Positions 40,744-51,533 of a DNA stretch of 64,000 nt are shown piece by piece; position 1 is the stretch's first letter; every line of letters begins with the position of its first letter. Source of the DNA: an uncultured Verrucomicrobiae bacterium (GTDB taxonomy: Bacteria; Verrucomicrobiota; Verrucomicrobiia; Limisphaerales; Palsa-1400); the NCBI GenBank assembly GCA_963702845.1, contig OY969763.1, forward strand, positions 4,192,001 through 4,256,000, written 5' to 3'. The notes under the pieces are model-generated. The model saw only the letters and a list, made by a program, of their open reading frames with translations. It was not told the DNA's origin and did no database searches. A program made the position numbers and the translations under genes.

Positions 40744-42249
40744 ATGAAAAACCTTGTCCTGAGCCTAACCATTGTTTGCGCGATCCTGATGCACGCCGTG
40801 CCGTCGTTTGCGCAAGCACCTGCTGCTACCAACGCGCCTGCTGCACCTGCGCTGAAAGATCCCTCGCTTGAACAGCGCATCACAGATCTCGAGGCCTATA
40901 TCAACAACGGCGCGCGTGTGAACGCCGCGGTAACAAACATCTCCACGAAAGTCGGCGGGCCTGGCCCCGGCCACAATGCCTGGCAAATGGTTTGCACGGC
41001 GCTCGTATTGTTCATGACCCTGCCCGGCCTCGCCCTGTTCTATGGCGGCTTGGTTCGCAGGAAGAACGTGCTCTCTGTGCTCGCGCAATGCCTCGGCATC
41101 GCGGGATTGGTGACGATCCTTTGGTGGTTGTTCGGCTACAGCATGGCGTTTCATGCCGGTAAGCCTTACATGGGAACCTTCGACTGGGCGTTTCTCAAAG
41201 GCGTCGATTCGAATCCGAACACCGATTACAGCGCGTGGGTCTCGCACAACGTCTTCTCCATGTATCAACTGATGTTCGCGATCATCACACCCGCGCTGAT
41301 CATCGGCGCGATTGCCGAACGCATGAAGTTCTCCGCGATTCTCCTGTTCGTCACCCTCTGGATGGTCCTCATCTACTTCCCGCTCGCGCACATGGTATGG
41401 GGCGTCGACGGATTGATGAACGGCGTTTGGAATGCAGACGCGAAGATTAAAGCCATCGACTTCGCCGGCGGCACCGTCGTCCACATGTCCTCCGGTTGGT
41501 CAGCGTTGATCTTGTGCATGATCCTCGGCAAACGCCTCGGCTTCGGCAAAGAACCGATGCCGCCACACAGCATGGTGCTTTGTATGGTCGGCACGGGAAT
41601 GCTCTGGGTCGGTTGGTATGGATTTAATGCGGGCAGCGCCGTCGCTGCTGACGTCATCGCGGCGAACGCGTTCACCACGACAACGATTGCAACCGCCGTC
41701 GCCTCGTTCGCATGGGCGATGGCCGAATACATCTTGCGGGGCAAGCCGAGTATTCTCGGTTTTTGTTCCGGCGCTGTCGCCGGCCTGGTAGTGATTACGC
41801 CAGCGTGCGGGTTTGTTGATGTCTCCGGCTCGGTAATTATCGGGATCTGCGCCGGTGTCATTCCGTTCTTCTTCGTCACCAAAGTGAAAGGTTGGCTCGG
41901 CTACGATGACGCGCTCGACACCTTCGGTGTTCACGCCGTCGGCGGAACCATGGGCGCGTTACTTACTGGGTTTCTCGCGACTGACAAAGTGAACGGTAAC
42001 TTGAGCTTGATCGCTGACGCGGCCTCAGCCAATCCCGCCACCAAAAACGGCCTCGCCAAACTCGTCGCCAACGGCGGCCTTTGGGTCGAACAACTCAAGG
42101 CCATCGGCGTGACTCTCGCCATGGCAATTATCGGCACCGTCGTTATCGCCTACATCGTCAAAGCCACCATCGGCCTGCGCGTCAGCGATGAAGTTGAAAC
42201 TGTCGGCCTCGACCTCGCCGAACACGGCGAAGAAGGCTATCACGGATAA
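40744..42249 (+). CDS. amtB: Ammonium transporter AmtB
   Basis: LFMTLPGLALFYGGLVRRKN, FAIITPALI, DFAGGTVVH, WYGFNAGS, YDDALDTFGVH, GLDLAEHGEEGY. Confidence 0.96.
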   Translation: MKNLVLSLTIVCAILMHAVPSFAQAPAATNAPAAPALKDPSLEQRITDLEAYINNGARVNAAVTNISTKVGGPGPGHNAWQMVCTALVLFMTLPGLALFYGGLVRRKNVLSVLAQCLGIAGLVTILWWLFGYSMAFHAGKPYMGTFDWAFLKGVDSNPNTDYSAWVSHNVFSMYQLMFAIITPALIIGAIAERMKFSAILLFVTLWMVLIYFPLAHMVWGVDGLMNGVWNADAKIKAIDFAGGTVVHMSSGWSALILCMILGKRLGFGKEPMPPHSMVLCMVGTGMLWVGWYGFNAGSAVAADVIAANAFTTTTIATAVASFAWAMAEYILRGKPSILGFCSGAVAGLVVITPACGFVDVSGSVIIGICAGVIPFFFVTKVKGWLGYDDALDTFGVHAVGGTMGALLTGFLATDKVNGNLSLIADAASANPATKNGLAKLVANGGLWVEQLKAIGVTLAMAIIGTVVIAYIVKATIGLRVSDEVETVGLDLAEHGEEGYHG

Positions 42250-42337
42250 TTCCACCGTAGCCCTAAAGGTAGGGCGCTCGCTTCCGCGCGCGCCCTACCT
42301 CGACGGGCGAAAGCGGAAAACAAAACAGACAAACAAC

Positions 42338-43751
42338 ATGAGCACTCCTAAAAGCGTAATTGATAGTGCGAAGAAACAGGGTGCGAAGATGGTTGACGTG
42401 AAGTTCGTCGATACCTTCGGCACCTGGCAACATTTCACAGTCCCGATGGGCGAACTGACCGAAGAAGTCTTCGAAGAAGGTTTCGGTTTCGATGGTTCCT
42501 CAATCCGCGGATGGAAATCGATCGAAGCCTCCGACATGCTCGCCATGCCTGACCCGGCGACCGCCTTCATCGATCCTTTCTGCGCTGTCCCGACTCTGTC
42601 GCTGACCTGCACCATTGCCGAAACAGGAACGAAGGAAGCTTACAATCGTGACCCTCGTGGCATCGCACAACGTGGTGAAGCCTATCTCAAATCCACCAAG
42701 ATCGCCGACACCGCAGTGTTTGGTCCCGAAGCTGAGTTCTTCATCTTCGACAACGTCCAATATGATTCCAAAGCCAACGGCACCTTCTACTCGGTCGATT
42801 CCGAAGAAGGCGATTTGGAACACCGGCCGCGATGAAATGCCGAACCTCGGCTACAAGATTCGCTACAAGGAAGGTTACTTCCCTGTCGCGCCGACCGACA
42901 CTCAGCAAGACATCCGCACCGAGATGTGTTTGGTCATGGAACAACTCGGGATCAAGGTGGAACGTCAACACCACGAAGTCGCCACTGCTGGTCAGGCTGA
43001 AATCGATTTTCGTTTCGATACGCTGGTCAAGACCGCCGACACGATGATGCTTTACAAATACATCATCAAGAACGTCGCACGGAAACACGGCAAGACCGTC
43101 ACCTTCATGCCCAAGCCGCTCTTCGGTGATAACGGTTCCGGCATGCACACGCATCAATCGTTGTGGTCCAAGGGTAAGCCGTTGTTCGCTGGTAAAGAAT
43201 ATGCCGGCTTGAGCCAGATGGCCCTGTACTACATCGGCGGCATTTTGAAGCACGCGAAAGCCCTGTGCGCGATCTGCAATCCGACGACGAACTCCTACAA
43301 ACGCTTGGTTCCTGGCTACGAAGCTCCGGTTAACCTCGCTTACAGCGCGCGTAATCGTTCCGCTGCGATTCGTATCCCGACCTTCAGCGAAAGCCCGAAA
43401 GCCAAGCGCATTGAGTATCGTCCGCCGGATCCGGCTGCGAACCCTTACCTCGCCTACACCGCCCTGCTCATGGCAGGTCTCGATGGCGTGTTGAACAAGA
43501 TTGAACCGGGCGAACCGCTGGACAAAAACATCTACGAACTGCCTCCGGAAGAACTGAAGAAGGTTCCGAATGTCCCCGGCAGCCTCGGCGAAGCGCTGGA
43601 TTGTTTGGAGAAGGACAATGCATTCCTGCTCAAGGGCGACGTATTCACCGCTGACTTCCTGGAAATGTGGATAACTCACAAGCGCAAGGAACATGATGCG
43701 CTGCGTTTGCGTCCGCATCCTTACGAATTCTTCCTCTACTACGATGTGTAG
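42338..43751 (+). CDS. glnA: Glutamine synthetase type I, one apparent frameshift at about 42810
   Basis: [66 protein letters not shown] (adenylylation Tyr, GSI-beta). Confidence 0.97.
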
Positions 43752-43774
43752 TTCGTAGTTCAGGCGGAGTGCTA

Positions 43775-43811
43775 AACGCCCCGACGCTGTTCGTCGGGGC
43801 GTTATTTTTTT
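43775..43811 (+). terminator. Intrinsic terminator after glnA
   Basis: AACGCCCCGACG-ctgtt-CGTCGGGGCGTT then A and T7; same stem as after mini-glnA. Confidence 0.85.
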
Positions 43812-44133
43812 ATGGATAAACGTGCGTTGTAATCGAGCAATGCGGCGGGTTCGTCACAGCATTGATGATGTATTTCCCCATTCCCGGACATTCCGGCATT
43901 TTGTTTTTCGGCAAATACGGCAGAAGTTGATCAACCGGCGGAACAGCATCGGGCGCTTGCTTATGGTCGTTCGTCCATTTCACTTTCGCGCGTTGAATTT
44001 CATCTAACTGGGCGTGGCAAATCTCTCGGGTCGGATCGTCTGTCGGTGGTGACTCGCCAGTGAACAAAAAAGATATTCCCCAAACCCCAAGCGCCAGCCC
44101 CACGATCAGCAGGTTGCGCGTGAGCTTGTCCAT
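43810..44133 (-). CDS. Small membrane-anchored hypothetical protein with pilin-like Cys C-terminus
   Basis: N-terminal TM; C..QL..IQ.AK..W...CPGMGKY.I......PHCS. Confidence 0.65.
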   Translation of the reverse strand: MDKLTRNLLIVGLALGVWGISFLFTGESPPTDDPTREICHAQLDEIQRAKVKWTNDHKQAPDAVPPVDQLLPYLPKNKMPECPGMGKYIINAVTNPPHCSITTHVYP

Positions 44134-44637
44134 TTACCAACTCCCATCAGCGAGACTGGAAATGGCATTGCGTGCTAAATCTTCAGCCAGGAGCGGCACG
44201 GCCTGGCGTTCGGCGGCGGCAAGGTCGGTCCCGACACGAACAGTGGTGCGGCCATAAAGGGTGCGATTCAAATTGGTTTTGCCGGTGGAACGTTCGACAG
44301 CGGTAATGTCGGCGAACATCGTTAAGGTGTAGTCCTGCGGAGTTAAAACGTCGGTGGGATTAGCGGCCAATTCGCTGCGGTCGAACCTTGTGATTTTTCC
44401 GCTGAGCACAATGTCGCCGGTCCCTTGGGTTTCAAGACGGAAGGTGCCTTCCTGTTGGATGCGCTTGCGCAATGACAAGCTCACGTAATCCGTCAGACGC
44501 GGCTCCAATGTCTCATTGCGAAACGTTTCAACCGACACTGACCTGCTCCCGGCAACATCGCCGTTGGTTGGCCCCAACCTGTATCCAGCGCAACCGCACA
44601 GGGCGGCGACCAGAACGAGTGAGAGCATCGCGCGCAT
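44134..44637 (-). CDS. lptE: LPS assembly lipoprotein LptE-like
   Basis: Lipobox LCGC followed by AGYRLG; FRNETLEP; downstream of bamD. Confidence 0.75.
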   Translation of the reverse strand: MRAMLSLVLVAALCGCAGYRLGPTNGDVAGSRSVSVETFRNETLEPRLTDYVSLSLRKRIQQEGTFRLETQGTGDIVLSGKITRFDRSELAANPTDVLTPQDYTLTMFADITAVERSTGKTNLNRTLYGRTTVRVGTDLAAAERQAVPLLAEDLARNAISSLADGSW

Positions 44638-45654
44638 TTATTTCGGGTTGGTACTCGGCGCTGTCGTCCCTTCGGCGCCACTCGTTTTTTTCTTCAACGC
44701 TTCGATCCGTTGACGTGCCTGGGTGCCCATTGGTGAGTTCGCGTCGATCGCGTAAGCCGCGTTATAATAAATCCGCGCCGCTTCCCACTTATTTCCTTTT
44801 TCGTAATACTGCGCAATGCGGAAATTGCCGCGCGCTTCTTCAGACTTCAACGAGGCAATGCGCCGTTGCGCATCCGGCACACGCGGATCATCGTCGTAAA
44901 GCGCCATAAAATCCGTGAATGTGGCGATCGCTTTTCCGGCAACACTCTGGTCGTAATCCGCCGTGCGCGCTTCCTTCTGATATGCCAATCCGGCCTTGAA
45001 CGTCGCGTCGGCAGCGACCTGCCGTTGATCCGCGTAGCGGTCAGCCGCGCGTTCATACGCTTTCACTGCCAGCGGATATTCTTTCTGCTTTTCACGGGCC
45101 GCGCCGACGTCCATTTGCGCCTGCGGAGCAATCGGGCTATACGGACCGTTCTTCACCACCTTGTCGAACAATCCCGCCGTTTTTTCCCACGACCGATAGA
45201 GCGGAACGTAACCAAACAGCCGATAGAACTGCCCATTGAGATAACGCACTGCGATATCGAATTGCCGTTTTTGCACATCCTGGTAGTCCGTGAACTTCGG
45301 ATATTTTTCCAGCACTTCCTGGTAAGCCTTGAACGCCTTCTCATCCTTGTGCTGCGCTTCATAGCAACGCCCGATCAGATACTGCGCTTGCGGCGCAAAG
45401 TCCGAAAGCTTGCGCATCTTCACCGTTCGTTTGGCCGCTTTCATTGCGAGCCCGTAATCCTTTTTGTCGAACGCCTCCTGCGCGACCTGCAACTGTTCGC
45501 GCGCGCTTTGCCGCTGCCACTTGCCTTTTTCCTCACCGGGCCATTCATAGGTGAAACCTTCCCCCTGCCGATAAATCAAAGGCGCGGGCGAACGAAAAGG
45601 AAACGCGATCAACGCGAGTAATAACAGGACGATACGAAACAAACGGCCACGCAT
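44638..45654 (-). CDS. bamD: Outer membrane protein assembly factor BamD (TPR)
   Basis: TPR repeats, DYDQS...AIATFTDF, RIAQYY...AARIYY. Confidence 0.8.
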   Translation of the reverse strand: MRGRLFRIVLLLLALIAFPFRSPAPLIYRQGEGFTYEWPGEEKGKWQRQSAREQLQVAQEAFDKKDYGLAMKAAKRTVKMRKLSDFAPQAQYLIGRCYEAQHKDEKAFKAYQEVLEKYPKFTDYQDVQKRQFDIAVRYLNGQFYRLFGYVPLYRSWEKTAGLFDKVVKNGPYSPIAPQAQMDVGAAREKQKEYPLAVKAYERAADRYADQRQVAADATFKAGLAYQKEARTADYDQSVAGKAIATFTDFMALYDDDPRVPDAQRRIASLKSEEARGNFRIAQYYEKGNKWEAARIYYNAAYAIDANSPMGTQARQRIEALKKKTSGAEGTTAPSTNPK

Positions 45655-45731
45655 GTCGGTGACTTTAATTAACGGTCTACTACAAGTCAACGGTGGTGAG
45701 CCATTGAGAAAAACGTTCGTCGTCGCCAAAC

Positions 45732-45768
45732 AAAAAAACGCAGCAAAGGAAACCTCTGCTGCGTTTTC
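45732..45768 (-). terminator. Intrinsic terminator after rho
   Basis: A7-CGCAGCA...TGCTGCG-TTTT; on the minus strand the stem is followed by T7. Confidence 0.8.
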
Positions 45769-45787
45769 AATTCTGTTTGTGGGCGAG

Positions 45788-47395
45788 TTACACCGCCATG
45801 CCGAGCAGAAACTCGATGTTCGAGTTGGTCTTCTTTAGCTTGCCGAGCAAAAGTTCCATCGCTTCGACCGGTGGCACGCCAGTGAGCGCGCGACGCAGCA
45901 TGACGACCTTGCCGTATTCGTCCGGATGATAGAGCAGTTCTTCTTTGCGCGTGCCGGACAGCTCGACGTTAATCGAAGGGAATATGCGGCGATCGACGAG
46001 GTGACGGTCCAAATGGACTTCCATGTTGCCGGTGCCTTTAAATTCTTCGAAAATGACTTCGTCCATGCGCGAACCGGTATCGACCAGCGCCGTCGCCATA
46101 ATCGTCAGCGAACCGCCTTCTTCGATGTTACGCGCCGCGCCAAAAAACCGCTTGGGCTTGTGCAACGCATTCGCATCCACACCGCCTGACAGAATTTTGC
46201 CCGAATGCGGCTGAATCGTGTTGTAAGCGCGCGCCAGACGAGTGATGGAATCGAGCAAGATCACGCAATCGCGTTTGTGCTCGACCATGCGCTTGGCCTT
46301 TTCGATGACCATTTCGGCGACCTGCACATGGCGCTCCGGTGGTTCATCGAACGTCGAGCTGATCACTTCCGCGCCTTTGCAGGAACGTTCCATGTCCGTG
46401 ACTTCTTCAGGTCGCTCGTCGATGAGCAGGATGAAGAGATACGACTCTGGATTATTCTTCAAAATCGCGTTCGCCAACTTCTGCATCAACACCGTCTTAC
46501 CAGTGCGAGGCGGCGCAACGATCAATCCGCGCGTGCCTTTGCCAACGGGGCAAACGAGGTCGAGGACACGCGTCGAAAGTTCTTCCGGGCCGGTCTCCAA
46601 CAGGAAACGCTTATGCGGGAACAACGGCGTCAGGTTATCAAAATGAGTCTTATCCTTCGCCTTGTCCGGATCTTCACCGTCGACCGCCTCAACCTTCAGC
46701 AACGCAAAAAAGCGTTCCTTATCTTTCGGCGGACGAATCTGGCCGGTGATCAAATTGCCGGTCTGCAAATCAAACCGGCGAATCTGCGACGGCGACACGT
46801 AAATATCTTCCGGGCACGGCAGATAATTGAAACTGCGCGAGCGCAAGAAACCGAAACCTTCCGGCAAAATTTCCAGCACGCCTTCAGAGAACAAAACACC
46901 GGAGCGTTCCGCGTTGCTCTGCAAGATGTGGAAAATCAGCTCGTGCTTGCGCATGGTGCCGAAGTTCTCGATCCCCATGTTTTTCGCCATGGTATTGAGG
47001 TCCGGCATGCTCATCGCCTGCAAAGCAGCGATATTGATCGACTGCCCCTTCGGCAAATCTTCACCGCGACCGCGATTACGATCGCGATTACGCTGTTCCC
47101 ACTCGCGCTGTTCCACGTCATCGGGCGGAAAATCGTGGCCGCGCATGTCTTTACCACGGGCGGGCTCTGCGGCGACCTGCTCAGACTTCATGCCGTCGGC
47201 TTGGACCGGCGCCGGCTCGTCGCGCGTAAACTCAGGTTCACGTTGGGGTTCGGATTGGCGTTCAGGCGCGCGTTCCACGACGGCCGGTTCGGCCACCGCT
47301 TGCGCGATCGATTCAGAAGCCTTTCGCTCCAGCACCTCGGTGCTGGCTGCTTTCGCGCCCTTCTTAGGGGTTTTTTTGGACGCAACTCTTGGCAT
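45788..47395 (-). CDS. rho: Transcription termination factor Rho with N-terminal low-complexity extension
   Basis: [57 protein letters not shown]. Confidence 0.98.
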   Translation of the reverse strand: MPRVASKKTPKKGAKAASTEVLERKASESIAQAVAEPAVVERAPERQSEPQREPEFTRDEPAPVQADGMKSEQVAAEPARGKDMRGHDFPPDDVEQREWEQRNRDRNRGRGEDLPKGQSINIAALQAMSMPDLNTMAKNMGIENFGTMRKHELIFHILQSNAERSGVLFSEGVLEILPEGFGFLRSRSFNYLPCPEDIYVSPSQIRRFDLQTGNLITGQIRPPKDKERFFALLKVEAVDGEDPDKAKDKTHFDNLTPLFPHKRFLLETGPEELSTRVLDLVCPVGKGTRGLIVAPPRTGKTVLMQKLANAILKNNPESYLFILLIDERPEEVTDMERSCKGAEVISSTFDEPPERHVQVAEMVIEKAKRMVEHKRDCVILLDSITRLARAYNTIQPHSGKILSGGVDANALHKPKRFFGAARNIEEGGSLTIMATALVDTGSRMDEVIFEEFKGTGNMEVHLDRHLVDRRIFPSINVELSGTRKEELLYHPDEYGKVVMLRRALTGVPPVEAMELLLGKLKKTNSNIEFLLGMAV

Positions 47396-47554
47396 ATAAA
47401 AAAATTAAAATGTGTGGCCTACAACTGGCAGGGAAATATCGGTCTCCTGCGGGAAAAGATCCTATTGGGTCTTTCCGGATTCCTCTTTACGACTGTTGGA
47501 CAGTGACAGCTGGAAAAGTATTCAAATGTAAATGTGGGGGAACTCTACCTGCCG

Positions 47555-49732
47555 TCAATACGGCAGAGGATATCTGGCCGTAAGTTCACGCACACGTTCT
47601 CGCACCTTTCGAGCTGTGTCAAGATTCTTAATATCCAGCAAAACTTCGCTGATCATGTCCGCAACTGCGGCCATCTCAGGCTCTTTCATCCCGCGCGTGG
47701 TCACCGCCGGAGTGCCCAAACGTATCCCGCTGCCCTGGAAAGGCGATCTCGTTTCAAACGGGATAGTGTTTTTATTGACAGTAATCCCCGCTTCGTCAAG
47801 CGCCAACTGGCAATCTTTTCCGGTCAATCCGCGCGCGCCCACATCCACCAGCATCAGATGATTATCCGTTCCGCCGCTCACAATCCGGAAATGATTACGC
47901 GCCATCCCTTCTGCCAGTGCCTTCGCATTGGTCACGATCTGCTGTTGATACGTCTTGAACGCCGGCTGCAACGCTTCGTGAAAACAAACCGCCTTCGCCG
48001 CGATCACATGCATCAACGGACCGCCTTGAATACCCGGGAAAATATTCGAATCGATGTCCTTCGCGAATTTCTCGCGGCACATGATCAAACCACCACGCGG
48101 TCCGCGTAAAGTTTTGTGCGTAGTCGTCGTGACAAAATCCGCATGCGGAAACGGGCTCGGATGCAATCCCGCCGCCACTAACCCCGCGATGTGCGCAATG
48201 TCCGCCAGCAAATAAGCGCCCACATCACGCGCGATTTCGCCCATGCGCTTGAAATCAATAGTGCGCGGATACGCGCTCGCGCCGACCGTGATCATCTTCG
48301 GCTTATGTTCCTGCGCCATCTTGTGCAGCTGATCGTAATCGATCCGCTCGTCGTCCTTGCGCACGCCGTAGTGAACGATTTCAAAAAACCTGCCGCTGAA
48401 ATTCGCTTTGTTCCCGTGCGTGAGATGGCCGCCATGCGACAAATCCATCGTCAACATCTTGTCACCGGGCTTCAGCACCGAAAAATAACAAGCCATGTTC
48501 GCCTGGCTGCCCGAGTGCGGCTGCACGTTCGCGTGTTCAGCGCCGAAAATCTGCTTCGCGCGGCTGATGGCCAATGTCTCCACCACATCCACGTGTTCAC
48601 AACCGCCATACCAACGCTTGCCCGGGTAACCTTCGGCATACTTGTTCGTCAGCACCGAACCTTGCGCTTCCATCACTGCTGGACTGACAAAGTTCTCACT
48701 GGCGATCAGCTCGATATTTTCCTGCTGCCGTTGGCGCTCCAGAAAAATCGCATCGGCGATTTCCGAATCGACAAACTTCAATTTCAGATTCGTGGGAGTA
48801 GAGTGTGGTTCCATTTTCTTAACGCGGCGTTCGTGACGACCGCCTTCAAATTGTGCTGCTAAAAATGCCTGTAAAATATTGCGGGCCTTGTCTGGCGGAA
48901 CAACGCTCGCGCCCAGGCAAAGGACATTTGCGTTATTATGCCGACGACAAAGCGCCCCCATTTGTTCATCAAAAACCAGCGCCGCGCGAATTCCCGGCAT
49001 CTTATTTGCCGTGATACTCATGCCGACGCCCGTCGAACAAACCAAAAGCCCAAACTCAGATCTTCCGTCCGTGACCGCCTCCGCCACCATCCGCGCGTGA
49101 TCCGGGTAATCCGTTGATTCGCCCGAATTCGTCCCAAAATCCACAAAGCTGATCGACTTGCTATGAAGGTAATCCTTCAAAAATTCTTTCAGCTCAAACC
49201 CGGCATGGTCCGAGCCAATCGCAAACATCGCCTTCTCACTATGCTGCTGCTGATCGGTCGCATGCTCCGGCGTACCTGTTTGCTGCAAAAAATTCAGCAT
49301 CGAGATGATCCCCTGCTCGATCTGGTCGCGCGTATACGCATACGTATCAAACGAGCCGCCAATGGGATCACTGATATCCTTCTCAAAGTCATCCAGCGTC
49401 TCGTCGAACTCCCGCAGCAAAAATGTTTTCTCCGACGCCTGCGGATACAGCAGGTTCACCGTATCCACGTGGCTGTGCGTCATCCCGAAAATAAAATCAG
49501 CCTGTTCCACCAGATCTGCCGATAACATCCGGCTGCGCTGGTGCGAAATATCAATGCCCAACTCCCGTAGGGCCCGCACCGCGTTCAAGCTCGGTACCTG
49601 GCCGTCGCAGGCGCCCACGCCCGCCGAAAACACCTGATATTCATTCGAGCCCCGCGTCGCATGCCGAAACAGCCCCTCGGCCATGGGGCTGCGGCAAATA
49701 TTACCAGTGCATATAAACAGGATGGTCTTCAT
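47555..49732 (-). CDS. glyA: Triple fusion: LMW protein phosphatase + ribose-5-phosphate isomerase B + serine hydroxymethyltransferase
   Basis: [12 protein letters not shown]...DPIG; GSDHAG...DYP...CSTGVG...HNNAN...[15 protein letters not shown]...YAEGYP...[13 protein letters not shown]. Confidence 0.95.
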   Translation of the reverse strand: MKTILFICTGNICRSPMAEGLFRHATRGSNEYQVFSAGVGACDGQVPSLNAVRALRELGIDISHQRSRMLSADLVEQADFIFGMTHSHVDTVNLLYPQASEKTFLLREFDETLDDFEKDISDPIGGSFDTYAYTRDQIEQGIISMLNFLQQTGTPEHATDQQQHSEKAMFAIGSDHAGFELKEFLKDYLHSKSISFVDFGTNSGESTDYPDHARMVAEAVTDGRSEFGLLVCSTGVGMSITANKMPGIRAALVFDEQMGALCRRHNNANVLCLGASVVPPDKARNILQAFLAAQFEGGRHERRVKKMEPHSTPTNLKLKFVDSEIADAIFLERQRQQENIELIASENFVSPAVMEAQGSVLTNKYAEGYPGKRWYGGCEHVDVVETLAISRAKQIFGAEHANVQPHSGSQANMACYFSVLKPGDKMLTMDLSHGGHLTHGNKANFSGRFFEIVHYGVRKDDERIDYDQLHKMAQEHKPKMITVGASAYPRTIDFKRMGEIARDVGAYLLADIAHIAGLVAAGLHPSPFPHADFVTTTTHKTLRGPRGGLIMCREKFAKDIDSNIFPGIQGGPLMHVIAAKAVCFHEALQPAFKTYQQQIVTNAKALAEGMARNHFRIVSGGTDNHLMLVDVGARGLTGKDCQLALDEAGITVNKNTIPFETRSPFQGSGIRLGTPAVTTRGMKEPEMAAVADMISEVLLDIKNLDTARKVRERVRELTARYPLPY

Positions 49733-50082
49733 TCCTTCGACAAGCTGTCAAGTTGGGCTTCAGACAAAAAATCGTCAATCGCGAAAATTCGCGCTGCGTC
49801 AATGTAGAGGGCAAAACCCTCACCGACAAGAGCGATGCAATTTTCGTTCCGAAAACCCGTCTGCGAAAATATTTTCATCACGATGCGCCAGCCTTCTAAT
49901 GATTTCACAAAATCAACCTCCCGCCAAACCAACTCTCGTTTTTGCCGACAGGCGTTTTTCGATACGCCTTGTTCCCGGAGGCAAGTGTTCGCTAGTGTTT
50001 TCCCCGATGCGGCGCTACGATTGTTACTCGTAGTCTATTGTGAATCCCGCGCTCATCGGGGCATTCTCTTCAAAAAATAAAT

Positions 50083-50799
50083 ATGTCGTTGATCAGCAGT
50101 CTTGGTAACGCCGTGCGGAAAATGCGCCGTGAACTGGGCATTTCGCAGGAGGAATTGGCCGAACGCGCCGATTTACATCGCACCTACATTGCCGGGATCG
50201 AACGCGGTGGCCGCAACATCACCCTGCGCAGTGTTGATAAACTGGCCAAAGCGCTAAAAGTTTCCGTCGCCACTCTGCTTACCCTATCAGCCGGTGATCT
50301 GACCGACAATGCCACTGCCGCCAATCACAGCTCCCCGGCCATCATCGACATTTTGCTCATCGAAGACGATCCCGACGACGCCGAACTCACCGTCAACGCA
50401 CTCGCCGCAGGACGCCTTGCCAACCGCGTCCACATCGTGGGCGATGGCCCTCAAGCGCTCGACTTCCTGTTCGCGGCCGGCGAATACAGCAATCGTCGCG
50501 ACGCTTTGCCGCAACTCATCATGCTCGACTTAACTCTGCCGAAGCTCAACGGCCTGGAAGTACTGCAACGCCTCAAACGCGACCCGCGCACCCAGAACAT
50601 CGCCGTCATCGTCCTGACCGGCTCGACCAACGAAGCCGACATAGACGAGTGCAAGCGTCTCGGCGTCGAGCAATTCATCGTTAAGCCCGTCGAGTTCTCC
50701 GCCTTCAACCGCGTCGTCCAACAACACAGCTTCCCCTGGGCACTATTGAAACCCGCCCCACAACTCCGCTCACAACCTGACCCATCGGTCCCAAGGTAG
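50083..50799 (+). CDS. XRE helix-turn-helix plus C-terminal receiver-domain protein
   Basis: SQEELAERADLHRTYIAGIERGGRNI; ILLIEDD...IMLDLTLPKLNGLEVL...LTGS...FIVKP. Confidence 0.88.
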   Translation: MSLISSLGNAVRKMRRELGISQEELAERADLHRTYIAGIERGGRNITLRSVDKLAKALKVSVATLLTLSAGDLTDNATAANHSSPAIIDILLIEDDPDDAELTVNALAAGRLANRVHIVGDGPQALDFLFAAGEYSNRRDALPQLIMLDLTLPKLNGLEVLQRLKRDPRTQNIAVIVLTGSTNEADIDECKRLGVEQFIVKPVEFSAFNRVVQQHSFPWALLKPAPQLRSQPDPSVPR

Positions 50800-50846
50800 A
50801 GCCCGCCGCTCCGCGCGGGCTGTCGGTGACAGCGGCAACAATATGC

Positions 50847-51175
50847 GAAAAATATCATCGGAATGTTGCAACCTCCTGCAACTTCCGCCTCCTTCCTGCA
50901 ATTAGTTGCAAAGCGGAGCGGTTTTGTAGCAGAAAATCCTGCAACTTTTGTCAAAGGCCGAACGTCGGTCTCGCATCACGCAGAAAATATCACGGGAAAG
51001 TCGCACATTGTCCCACATTCCCGCACATTGTTACACTTTTGGTGCGGATTAAGTCGCACTTTTAGTGCGGTTTTCAAAAAACGAACCGGGGAAAGTTGCA
51101 CATTCTGGACGGCCCCCCAGTGCCGGTAAAGACCGGCGTACGAAGGGATTATAATATGAAGCAACAGCATGTCAA
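50847..51175 (-). repeat. Dispersed non-coding element family A, copy 2
   Basis: Homologous to 20148-20480; TTGACA-N16-TATAAT (51175-51148). Confidence 0.85.
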
Positions 51176-51185
51176 TTACGTGTAA

Positions 51186-51250
51186 TAACCCCGAAGGAGT
51201 TTAGGCACTCAGCCCAGCGGTTGCGAGGAACGAGCTACCCTGGGTAAAAA
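51186..51250. repeat. REP-like palindromic sequence
   Basis: CCCAGCGGTTGC...GCTACCCTGGG imperfect stem. Confidence 0.4.
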
Positions 51251-51533
51251 CCAAAACGAAGTTTCACGTTCGCGGAGCGGCGACGAAGGAGTTAAAATGT
51301 CTTCTGTTCGCAGGCCATTGGTGCAGCGATTTCCTGAAAACAAGACACAGTATGGAATGTAGCCAACATAGACGCTGCGCCATTGGTTTCTCTAGCTTCT
51401 CGACATGGCGAAAAACAGAACCGACCCGAGCTCGAACGATGAGTTCGCAGGCAAGAAATGGTTAATATGACTTTAGCATTAATTCACCCCTTTTGGTCGC
51501 TCCGCGCGGACCGCTTTTGATTAAACCAATTCT

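Noticed and set aside
42338..43751. glnA, ppdK, recN, panB and yebC as pseudogenes or programmed frameshifts
   Set aside because: Single-base indels in otherwise conserved genes with no slippery-site pattern; sequencing error is more parsimonious
46205..47506. Long antisense ORFs (also 2796-3818, 36435-37613, 59649-61085)
   Set aside because: Shadow frames opposite well-supported genes in GC-rich DNA; no motifs
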